A stretch of DNA of 64,000 nucleotides from a virus. Numbering within the stretch: position 1 is the stretch's first letter; every line of letters starts with the position of its first letter. This document shows positions 54,760 to 62,974 of the stretch, piece by piece. The notes beneath the pieces were generated by a model. That model did no database searches. It was not told the origin of the DNA and worked only from the letters and a program-made list of their open reading frames with translations. The position numbers were made by a program, and so were the translations under genes. The DNA lies in IMG/VR virus record IMGVR_UViG_3300020438_000030, positions 3,370-67,369 of that record; one strand, given 5' to 3'.

Positions 54760-55515
54760 TCAGCTAACAGTGCGGTTAGGCAGATACTGTTCCATGTCAG
54801 CGTAAGCTACTGCCGTGTCAGGGCGGATGTAGCAAACTTCAACCAGGATGTAACCTTTACGTCCAGCAGCAACGTCATCAGCATGAATGGAGAAACCACC
54901 ATTCAATGCAGTTGCGTTAGTAGTTGCTTTGGAATACACCTCGAAAGTGGTGTCGGTAGTTAACTCTTCATAGAGCCACTCCTTGGTCACAATGCCAGTA
55001 ATGTTCTGGAAAGGATTAGTACCATAGCCAGCAGTACCTGCAGGGATGTTGTTAGAAGCAGCAGTTAAGTTTGCACCTTCTACAACACCAGAGGTGCTTA
55101 CAGGGCCTGCAGGGCCGAATGCAACGACCTGGGTGCCACCAGAGGTCATGAGACCACTTTCAGCAACACGGCCGTCACCCCAGCCTTGAGCTACAGAAAG
55201 ATTCGTACGATATACATAAGCAGGGCGTGTAGTGTCAGCAGACACGACCATGCCAGTAATATCAGTACGAGTATCATCATTCCTATAAGGGGAAGGAATA
55301 ATGACACTTGCGGTAGAAGTGTAACCGGTGGTTGTCACAGGGACATAACCACGGAGTTGAAAGAACTGCCAGCCTGGATTAGCTAAAACAGAAGTAGGAC
55401 CGCCATTGGAAGCATCGTTGCTTCCACTATCGTTGGTATCGATATTTTTGTACCAACCATTAAGAGGCTCGTTGAAGTTACCGGGGTAAATCTTCTTAGC
55501 AGACAAATAAGCCAT
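54760..55515 (-). CDS. capsid-associated structural protein
   Basis: Directly downstream of the major capsid gene with similar highly expressed codon bias. Confidence 0.65.
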   Translation of the reverse strand: MAYLSAKKIYPGNFNEPLNGWYKNIDTNDSGSNDASNGGPTSVLANPGWQFFQLRGYVPVTTTGYTSTASVIIPSPYRNDDTRTDITGMVVSADTTRPAYVYRTNLSVAQGWGDGRVAESGLMTSGGTQVVAFGPAGPVSTSGVVEGANLTAASNNIPAGTAGYGTNPFQNITGIVTKEWLYEELTTDTTFEVYSKATTNATALNGGFSIHADDVAAGRKGYILVEVCYIRPDTAVAYADMEQYLPNRTVS

Positions 55516-55553
55516 TTATTACTCCAAATAAGTTTGAAATTTGTTTATAACAA

Positions 55554-56717
55554 TCAGACGGAACCGTCATCTTGGACGAAGCTGAATGCATTAGTAATGA
55601 AATCCTTATTAAGGATCTCGAAACCAGCATAGAGCTGCCAAATCAGAATGATGAAACGACTGAAGTCATCATTATTGTTGATCAGAACCTGAGCGTTTGG
55701 TCCGCCAATGCCAACACCAACAGCCTGTGGGCCGAAGAAGAAACCTTGTGCTACTTCTTTAGCAGCATAAGTAGAACCTGCATCGAAAGAAGCAGTTACG
55801 TTCTTGTTGGGGAAGTTAGTTGACTCGAAGAACTTGACACCTTCAAACTGAACACCGGTAGGCATTACAGGTTCGCCAGCCAGGAAGTAACCTTGGCCTG
55901 CCTGAGGACCCATGTAGAAGCTGGAGTTGTTAGGCATCATGGGGTTAGCCATGTACATGCCTTGTCCTGCGTTACCGGAGTAACGTGCAATCTCACGGAA
56001 GTCAGGATCACGACGCAGGTGAAGCATGAAGGTAGGATCGCAGATACAGCGATACAGACCATCAGCAAACGTAGGAACGTTACGCTTACGTAAATCCTTG
56101 ACAGTTTCTAACAGGTCAGTGCGAACAGAGAACTGTTGAATTTGATCACCATATTCAGCAACTGTGTAAGAAACACGACCACTAGAATCTTTCTCTTTAC
56201 CACCGGCAAAGTAGTAACCACCTTGTGAAGATGAGGCAGCGCCATTAGCTTCTGCTTTAGCAAGTTCGTCAATGAAGACGCGATCACGCCAACGACGATA
56301 GTCATCAAGCAGCGTCAAGCTACCGATGGACTGGTGGAACATATTCAGGTTGCCGGTATCAAGCAGCAAACGCTGAGCAGTAATCAGAGTTTCGCGAGCA
56401 ATCTTAAAAGTAGAAGGCTGGGTAGGATCACCCGGATCTGCAGGACCAGTATATTCCTTAAGCACCACCAAGACTTTCTCTTTGGTGATGTTACGGCTGT
56501 TAGCTGTACCAATCGTTTGATCAGCAATACGCTCACGGCTATCCTTTGTACCAGGTGCTCCCCAGAACTTGTAGCGATCAAGCTGCACAGTTTGGCCGGG
56601 CTGTGAAGTGAAGTCATGCACTACCACAGGCTCAACAGCCATCTCGCAAACATACGCGGGATGAGGGCGGTATAATTCCGCACCTAAAATCTTGGGAAAA
56701 TCGTTATCAAGAAACAC
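55554..56717 (-). CDS. major capsid protein
   Basis: 387 aa, GGAGG RBS and GTG start; DFTSQPGQTVQL, LKEY, L+RDPDF, GVQFEGVKFFEST, DDFSR..ILIW; order terminase-portal-scaffold-MCP. Confidence 0.85.
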   Translation of the reverse strand: MFLDNDFPKILGAELYRPHPAYVCEMAVEPVVVHDFTSQPGQTVQLDRYKFWGAPGTKDSRERIADQTIGTANSRNITKEKVLVVLKEYTGPADPGDPTQPSTFKIARETLITAQRLLLDTGNLNMFHQSIGSLTLLDDYRRWRDRVFIDELAKAEANGAASSSQGGYYFAGGKEKDSSGRVSYTVAEYGDQIQQFSVRTDLLETVKDLRKRNVPTFADGLYRCICDPTFMLHLRRDPDFREIARYSGNAGQGMYMANPMMPNNSSFYMGPQAGQGYFLAGEPVMPTGVQFEGVKFFESTNFPNKNVTASFDAGSTYAAKEVAQGFFFGPQAVGVGIGGPNAQVLINNNDDFSRFIILIWQLYAGFEILNKDFITNAFSFVQDDGSV

Positions 56718-56829
56718 TTTCTTTTATCCTCCAGTTATACGGAAAATTAAGTAATCGGGTGAAAGACTCAGGCAGTATTTATGCCCTATCTAAAGAAAAT
56801 TTTAGCAGTCTGTAATTTATTAGACTGTT

Positions 56830-57387
56830 TTAAACATAACCTTGCATATTAAGGCGTGAGTTTATTGTATTAGATGAACCAGGCAATTCAGGATCAATTG
56901 CACTTTGGAAGCCTGGTACCCCAATTGCTTCAGCAAGATTGGAATAACCTCCTCCATATAACCCGCCAACTCCGCCTGCTCCTGCAACTATTCCTGCTCC
57001 TGCAAGACCTTGTACATAAGGAACAGCAGACATCAATCTGTTTGCTCCTTTACGTTCTGGAAATCCTGCTTTTGCATCGGCAGCGTATTTATTTCCAATT
57101 TCAGGTCCTGAGCCTGTCGCTCTTTTACCTAAATCCGTATTTTTTAGATTTTCAGCAATAGTGCGTTTAGAAAGAAGCCTACGCATTGAAGGAATAGCTA
57201 AGCCAGCACTAGCAGCTGTAACACCACCCTGTAAAGATTCAAGTAATAAACGTCCGGGACCTTCTTGAGAAGCTTCTCCAGACGTAATATTACCTAAAGT
57301 CACAAGACCTGCACCAGCAGCGCCGCTGGCTAAAGCGGCTTGGCTAGGGTTATTAAGCATTTGCTTATATCTTCCTGCCAATTGCAT
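56830..57387 (-). CDS. G/A-rich virion or membrane protein
   Basis: MQLAGRY... with hydrophobic glycine-rich stretches; ATG at 57387. Confidence 0.65.
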   Translation of the reverse strand: MQLAGRYKQMLNNPSQAALASGAAGAGLVTLGNITSGEASQEGPGRLLLESLQGGVTAASAGLAIPSMRRLLSKRTIAENLKNTDLGKRATGSGPEIGNKYAADAKAGFPERKGANRLMSAVPYVQGLAGAGIVAGAGGVGGLYGGGYSNLAEAIGVPGFQSAIDPELPGSSNTINSRLNMQGYV

Positions 57388-57391
57388 TAGA

Positions 57392-58378
57392 TCACTCCAT
57401 AACAAACAGTTTGTTTGCCATAACGCGAGGATCTGCTTGGTTCATAATGCGCCAAGCTTGGCTAGGATCGACATCCATTTGCTGCTTAAATGCACCCCAG
57501 AAATCATGGGGCTGCTGAGGAGCTTCAGCTGCTGGGGGAGCAGGAAGACCAGCAACATTCATACCTTGCTGCTGTTGAATAGGAGCAGTAGGATAGCCAC
57601 GCGTTTCAAGTTCTTGCTCAGACTCATACACAGGGCATGGACCTTCAGGACCGAAATACTTCAACGTGTAATCCGACAGAACGTCAGGATTAGTTAAAAT
57701 TTCGTTATAAGCAAGATTTTCTTGATGCTCACGCACTGAGAAATTGGCATACCCAGTAAGTGTTTTTGTTGCTTGTTGTCCCCAAGAAACAGCACTATCG
57801 AGCATCCCTTCTAGGTTTAGGGCGTACTGATTTAGAATCGCTGGAGCCTCTACTCCGTAGTTTGCTACTACCATCCGGCTTTCCGGACTCCAGTTCAGTA
57901 GATTCGCTACGTCCTCTAAGGAGTTGATCGAGGAAGTTTGGGAAGAGCTGGGCGATGAGGTCTGGTTTGTTTGCCAGGTCGGCTGAGCCGAGGGTGCCGA
58001 GGTCTGTGCCGGGGCTTGTGTTACTCCGTAATTGGCCGGGCTGTACTGCGTCGGCTGTGATGGTTGACCCTGGAATGGGGATTGCACCGGACTTCCCAAC
58101 AGGTTGACTACCTTGTTGAATGCCGATTCCCATGGGTTCCCTTGGGGTGCCGCCGACTCCTGGTATTGGGGGGCGGATACTGACGGGGCGGGTTGGTAAC
58201 TGGTAAGCCCCTGAGGTGCGGCCTGGGGTACTGCCTGGGGGTAATACGTTCCCACTTGGGTCGGAGCCACTTGAGTCGGAGCTGCCGGTGCTGCCGGTGC
58301 TGCCGCCACGTAACTGCTCGGAGCCACTGCTACTTGCGGGCTCGTCTGTGGGATCGATTGGACGGTAGCGTCCTGCAT
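57392..58378 (-). CDS. putative scaffolding protein
   Basis: P/Q/A-rich disordered N-terminus, helical C-terminus; between portal and MCP; GGAG RBS. Confidence 0.7.
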   Translation of the reverse strand: MQDATVQSIPQTSPQVAVAPSSYVAAAPAAPAAPTQVAPTQVGTYYPQAVPQAAPQGLTSYQPAPSVSAPQYQESAAPQGNPWESAFNKVVNLLGSPVQSPFQGQPSQPTQYSPANYGVTQAPAQTSAPSAQPTWQTNQTSSPSSSQTSSINSLEDVANLLNWSPESRMVVANYGVEAPAILNQYALNLEGMLDSAVSWGQQATKTLTGYANFSVREHQENLAYNEILTNPDVLSDYTLKYFGPEGPCPVYESEQELETRGYPTAPIQQQQGMNVAGLPAPPAAEAPQQPHDFWGAFKQQMDVDPSQAWRIMNQADPRVMANKLFVME

Positions 58379-60122
58379 AGCTCATCTCCTTTTGTAATGC
58401 TTCTAAGGTTCGATACAGATATGGAGTTAAGTCCAAACGTGGATCTGCCGCCATGGGTAAATCCGGTGCTTGTGGGTGAGGGGTCTGCATCATTCCCCCC
58501 ACTAAACGAGAAAACTGGGAATAAGCTCCCTGTAATTCGTTGACCATCCTGAACGGGAAGCCCGAAAGCATTTCCGCTCTTTCCTCATCTGTTTTTGATG
58601 GGAAAAGATATTTCAGTGCTTCTATGCTATCAACTCCTAATTCTTGTAAGTTTCTTACAACAATTGAATTGTTCAGGATGTCTTGTGTTGAGTCCTCATA
58701 AACAGGACCAAGCCAACGCCAAAGCATTGTGATATCCCCATCTGGAATTAAACCTTTAACACCAGGAGGTACCATTTGCGCTTGAACACAAGCCATCATA
58801 AGCTTTTTCATTTGTGCGTCAAATGCAGCTAAAGCTTGCTTATACATTAACTGTTCTTCTTCAGAAGCATTTTCTGCTGGTTGAACAGGTTTTTCAAATT
58901 TGGCTGCAGCTGCAAGAGTATCTTTAAATAGCTGTTCTTCTTGATAAATAATTAATTCAAGGCAACGACATAGTCCATGTGTATAAATTGCATTTGCTTT
59001 TTTCTTAGACGTTGCAGATACACGTCCAAATAATGATTTATATTCAGTAGCAGTAACACCTGCACTAATTGAAAGCTCATCTACACCACCTAAAGATGTA
59101 CGAATTTCTTCTCTATACTGACGAACAAAAGCATTTTGGTCACCAGAAATTGCATCGGGAACAATATAACCAACACGATCATTAGGTTCTAAATTTGCAA
59201 TGACCCGTGGAACTCTGATCTGTCCATCAACACCTCGACTAACCGGATCTTGTTTAAAAGTAGAACGACTTAAATTTGCTGGGCTTGTAAAACCGGAGTT
59301 AGCTGCAATTGACGGCCGTTGTGCACCACCATCACCACCCGACTCCATTAAGTCAGTTTTAGGTCTAGATGACAGTAATGTTGGATTACCAAAGAACTGC
59401 AAGTTTTTTCGCATGTTATGCACAAGGCTATCGTGAATAACAATGTGATTAGCTAACGCATCAAACTCACCACTACCTTCCATTGAAAACCCTTTCGGGT
59501 TATTAAAGATTTCAACGCAAGGAATGAACTGTAAAGTATTTGGAAACTTTTCAGTATTACCTGGCATTTGAATATTGACATTATCAAAAGACATTTCGCC
59601 TTCTGAATGTGTTTCTTCAATTGTGTTAGCTTTAATTGATAAACGAATATAACGTTTTTGACCAGGGGTTTGATTTGGATCGCCTGTTAAATTGTATGTT
59701 CCAATATCTTGAAAACCAGAATTTGGTTTTTTAACTTTATAGCTATAGATGATAACAACTTCTTCTAGTTCACCATCAACGTTATAATAAGAGCGATACT
59801 CGTGACTACGAAAATAATAAAGACGATAATTATTTTCTGTGGGTCTTATATAAAATAAACCTTTTCCATCACATAAAAAATAATCCCAAATTGAATCGAG
59901 ACGCGTATCTAACTTGTTATATTTAACAACTTTATCAATAAAGTCTTTGCGTTGGTTGCCAAAGTTATCTTGTGAAGGAAAAAACTCAACTCCTTGGCGC
60001 ACGCCAAAAAGTTTCATCTGAGCAATATGTGACGCAACAATACCCGTATCAATACCAGCTCCACCATCTCGCTCTACATAAGCATCAATGATTTCTTTAA
60101 GACGAGACTTAGCGTCAGCCAT
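57795..60122 (-). CDS. portal protein
   Basis: 775 aa between terminase and scaffold; FIPCVEIFNNP...GSGEF, FFGNP resemble SPP1-type portals. Confidence 0.75.
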   Translation of the reverse strand: MADAKSRLKEIIDAYVERDGGAGIDTGIVASHIAQMKLFGVRQGVEFFPSQDNFGNQRKDFIDKVVKYNKLDTRLDSIWDYFLCDGKGLFYIRPTENNYRLYYFRSHEYRSYYNVDGELEEVVIIYSYKVKKPNSGFQDIGTYNLTGDPNQTPGQKRYIRLSIKANTIEETHSEGEMSFDNVNIQMPGNTEKFPNTLQFIPCVEIFNNPKGFSMEGSGEFDALANHIVIHDSLVHNMRKNLQFFGNPTLLSSRPKTDLMESGGDGGAQRPSIAANSGFTSPANLSRSTFKQDPVSRGVDGQIRVPRVIANLEPNDRVGYIVPDAISGDQNAFVRQYREEIRTSLGGVDELSISAGVTATEYKSLFGRVSATSKKKANAIYTHGLCRCLELIIYQEEQLFKDTLAAAAKFEKPVQPAENASEEEQLMYKQALAAFDAQMKKLMMACVQAQMVPPGVKGLIPDGDITMLWRWLGPVYEDSTQDILNNSIVVRNLQELGVDSIEALKYLFPSKTDEERAEMLSGFPFRMVNELQGAYSQFSRLVGGMMQTPHPQAPDLPMAADPRLDLTPYLYRTLEALQKEMSYAGRYRPIDPTDEPASSSGSEQLRGGSTGSTGSSDSSGSDPSGNVLPPGSTPGRTSGAYQLPTRPVSIRPPIPGVGGTPREPMGIGIQQGSQPVGKSGAIPIPGSTITADAVQPGQLRSNTSPGTDLGTLGSADLANKPDLIAQLFPNFLDQLLRGRSESTELESGKPDGSSKLRSRGSSDSKSVRPKPRRDAR

Positions 60123-60126
60123 TTAC

Positions 60127-60336
60127 CTATTTACTGCCCTTTTGTTTATACATCCTAGCAGCTTTGCCTGCTTTTTTAGCCTTGTCAGTATTAGCAACAA
60201 ATTGTTTTCCTTTGCGAGAACCTGCTCGTTTTTTACGGTCAGTATCTTCACGTTCTTCTTTTGAAAGCTTTGACCAGGCTTTCTTAGGAAGATAACGTTT
60301 AGTTGTACCGTCTTTTTGAATTGCTTTATCAGCCAT
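60127..60336 (-). CDS. basic protein, C-terminal half of a DUF5872-like protein
   Basis: GTTKRYLPKKAW..LS.EE...TDRKKR.GS.KGKQFVANT. Confidence 0.7.
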   Translation of the reverse strand: MADKAIQKDGTTKRYLPKKAWSKLSKEEREDTDRKKRAGSRKGKQFVANTDKAKKAGKAARMYKQKGSK

Positions 60337-60337
60337 G

Positions 60338-61030
60338 TCAGTCGTAACGTATTTTCATTTGTCCGTCTGGACCAATTTGCAACTGATAGGAATAAGGATT
60401 ACCATAACCTTGTTGTACCAGTCTTCTTCCAATATTTGCAGGATTCATATCTAATCCTGTATCAAAATGTTGTCCGTCTTTGGTTCCTCCTTTATCTATA
60501 GGTGCATATCCAAAATTATAATCTTCGTCAATAATAAAACTTCCATCTTGTTGTGGTTTGGCCCAGAAAGATCCAATTGATTCGGAAAGCTGGCCACGCA
60601 TTCCGACATCTTTAGGTAATTGTGATTTAATAGGAGCAGGAGAATCTGTTAAACCACCATAATAAACAGGTATGTTACCTTGTAAAAGTCCTTGTTTTAT
60701 GTAATCAGGCGCAGGTCCATCTAATATTTCTTGTCTAAAGGTTGGATCTCTAAATTTTGCATCTTGTTCTCGAATATCTGTGAGCAGTTGATTTCTTGTA
60801 CCCTCTGGAAATTGCATTCCTTTTGCGCCTACTCCAGAGAAATAGCGCATCATCATATTAGATCTCAAACCAAGTTGATTGAGTTGATCTGGCTTGTTCC
60901 GATAATAATCGAATACCTGGTTCAGGTCTGCTTTGTTTTGTGTAACAGCAGCCAAGGGGTTTACACCAGCTTTTGTAAAAGCTTGTATAGGGCCTCCTAC
61001 CATATCTCCCAGCTTACCTGCTAAATCCAT
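60338..61030 (-). CDS. hypothetical protein
   Basis: 230-aa ORF, TAATG coupled. Confidence 0.7.
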   Translation of the reverse strand: MDLAGKLGDMVGGPIQAFTKAGVNPLAAVTQNKADLNQVFDYYRNKPDQLNQLGLRSNMMMRYFSGVGAKGMQFPEGTRNQLLTDIREQDAKFRDPTFRQEILDGPAPDYIKQGLLQGNIPVYYGGLTDSPAPIKSQLPKDVGMRGQLSESIGSFWAKPQQDGSFIIDEDYNFGYAPIDKGGTKDGQHFDTGLDMNPANIGRRLVQQGYGNPYSYQLQIGPDGQMKIRYD

Positions 61031-61152
61031 TATTTTTTATCCATGTATTTACCAGCAAGCTTGTCAATCTTTTTGGCTTGGCCAGCATGCATCTTGGCAC
61101 TGCCTTTTAGCTGTTTAGAAATTTTTTGTAAGTCTTTTTTAGCTTGTTTCAT
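61030..61152 (-). CDS. small basic protein (40 aa)
   Basis: MKQAKKDLQKISKQLKGSAKMHAGQAKKIDKLAGKYMDKK; coupled on both sides. Confidence 0.65.
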   Translation of the reverse strand: MKQAKKDLQKISKQLKGSAKMHAGQAKKIDKLAGKYMDKK

Positions 61153-61436
61153 GATTTTTTATCTTTAGCTTTTTTGGCTGCAGTAGCAGCTTTCTTACCT
61201 TTTTCATATTGATCTTTAGTTTGCCAATCTTCTTTACCCCATTTCTTTAGCGACTTTTGTTTTTTACCTTCACCACCTTTATAACCACCACCTTTCTTTT
61301 TATATTCAGAGGCCACCATCTGTGCTTTACGTGCAGACCACTGACCTGGCTTACCTCCTTTACTTCCAGATGTAATGCGCTTTTTAATTGATTCGCGCAG
61401 TCCTGGTTTTGTATATTTGGAATCATCTTGTGCCAT
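61149..61436 (-). CDS. basic protein, N-terminal half of a DUF5872-like protein
   Basis: YTKPGLRE...GGKPGQWSARKAQ...YKKKGGGY...W..EDWQTK. Confidence 0.75.
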   Translation of the reverse strand: MAQDDSKYTKPGLRESIKKRITSGSKGGKPGQWSARKAQMVASEYKKKGGGYKGGEGKKQKSLKKWGKEDWQTKDQYEKGKKAATAAKKAKDKKS

Positions 61437-61846
61437 TAAGCAGACCCCCGTTTGTTATAAGGTTCAAATGAGCCGATAGGATCTGGTCCACCTAATCGAG
61501 ATCCCGCATCATTTCTAAAGTAAGGCATAGGAACTACACTCGGATCTATAAATTGTGGTATTGGTGCTCCTTGCATCTGTAGCCCCATATCATAATTATT
61601 AATGTAAGGATGATAAGGATTCATTGCTGGTCCATGTCCATAATTTTGATTTGGTATTAAAGGTGTATACGTACCTGGATTTATTTCGTTTCTATAGGAA
61701 TAACCTATATTTGGCAATTGTCCAGGAAGTGTTTCATTAAATCCTCTTGCATTTCTTTTTCCTGACATCATGTCCGATGCACCATATACTTTTGGCGTAA
61801 ATGGTCTTTCTTTAATAAAGTTGTTTAGAAAAGAGAACGGATTCAT
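61436..61846 (-). CDS. P/G/Y-rich hypothetical protein
   Basis: TAATG coupling. Confidence 0.6.
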   Translation of the reverse strand: MNPFSFLNNFIKERPFTPKVYGASDMMSGKRNARGFNETLPGQLPNIGYSYRNEINPGTYTPLIPNQNYGHGPAMNPYHPYINNYDMGLQMQGAPIPQFIDPSVVPMPYFRNDAGSRLGGPDPIGSFEPYNKRGSA

Positions 61847-62364
61847 TAGCTTACAAATTTATTTTGGAATCCCATGGGGGGTACAAAAGCTTGTCGCATT
61901 GGTACAGGAGTCATGCCACCGCCACCTGGTCCATACGGTCCATATCCCATTCCTGGATAGTTTCTAATAGGTGTAAATGGGCCTTGTGCTGGTTGTTGGT
62001 CTCTTCCTACAGCAGCTAAAGGTAAGGGAATAAACGGTTCATTTTCTTCTGGGATATCTTCAAAAGGAAGATAAGGACCGCGTCTATAAGGAGTTTGTCC
62101 TCCTGGAATTTCAAAGCTAGGTGTAGCAGCTCTATAAAGAAAATTTTGAATATTACCAGGGGCACCTGGAACATTTAAACCTCCGCTATAACGAGGAGTA
62201 CGGTAAAAAGGATTTTGAAAATCTGGTAACTCTGGCATACGAGGATTACCATATATATCTGTAGGATAAGCCTCTCGATCTGTTAACATCCCACGTCCGG
62301 GATAGTAAGTTCTAGGTATTTCATCCATTACCCTTGGTGGGCCTTGTGATTCTGGCATAAACAT
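61846..62364 (-). CDS. P/G-rich hypothetical protein
   Basis: TAATG coupling. Confidence 0.6.
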   Translation of the reverse strand: MFMPESQGPPRVMDEIPRTYYPGRGMLTDREAYPTDIYGNPRMPELPDFQNPFYRTPRYSGGLNVPGAPGNIQNFLYRAATPSFEIPGGQTPYRRGPYLPFEDIPEENEPFIPLPLAAVGRDQQPAQGPFTPIRNYPGMGYGPYGPGGGGMTPVPMRQAFVPPMGFQNKFVS

Positions 62365-62555
62365 TAGAGACCTCGGGTTGATACGTTGGAGAAACCTGCT
62401 CCTTTACTACCAGGACCTAAGAAGGCTGATGGTGAAACATTTCTAGAAGGTCGTGGTGAACTAATATCACCTTCTGAAGTGTACATAAATTCCTCATCAA
62501 ATTTTTTCTTTCCTTTTGGAGGAATTTGACTCATATATTTATAAGCTAATTCCAT
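62364..62555 (-). CDS. hypothetical protein
   Basis: MELAYKYM...; TAATG coupling. Confidence 0.6.
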   Translation of the reverse strand: MELAYKYMSQIPPKGKKKFDEEFMYTSEGDISSPRPSRNVSPSAFLGPGSKGAGFSNVSTRGL

Positions 62556-62573
62556 GGCTTAAAAACTTTTTAA

Positions 62574-62753
62574 TTATTCTAGCTGTTCATAACCTGATTC
62601 ACTGTTAAGACGTTTAATAATAATTCCGTCTCCTTTAATGTTCCAAGTAAGAAGTGTGTCAACTTCCCAGCCTAGTGTTTCAATTAAATCTTCAGGCAAA
62701 GTTACAAAAAGCTCACCGTCTTCATGTTCTTCAAGCTCTATAAAATAGCTCAT
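62574..62753 (-). CDS. AbrB/MazE/SpoVT-family DNA-binding protein (59 aa)
   Basis: DGELFVTLPEDLIETLGWEVDTLLTW..KGDGIIIKR; missed by the track. Confidence 0.75.
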   Translation of the reverse strand: MSYFIELEEHEDGELFVTLPEDLIETLGWEVDTLLTWNIKGDGIIIKRLNSESGYEQLE

Positions 62754-62974
62754 TTGGAAAGGATCTTTTCCACAAGTTTATCAAGCTTAGTGTTAATTTC
62801 ACTAAATTCATCATTCATTCTTTCCATCTCTCTTATGTAATCTTGTTTTAAAACATATTCAAGAGGTAAACGGTCAATACGATCTTCTAATGTACGCATT
62901 CGACCAAAGACTTTTCCAATAAACCAGCCTCCCCCGGAGACTACCGCGATACCTAGAGCTACAAGTTGTTCCAT
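62750..62974 (-). CDS. small membrane-anchored coiled-coil protein
   Basis: MEQLVALGIAVVSGGGWF followed by LEDRIDRLPLEYVLKQDY...INTKLDKL. Confidence 0.7.
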   Translation of the reverse strand: MEQLVALGIAVVSGGGWFIGKVFGRMRTLEDRIDRLPLEYVLKQDYIREMERMNDEFSEINTKLDKLVEKILSK

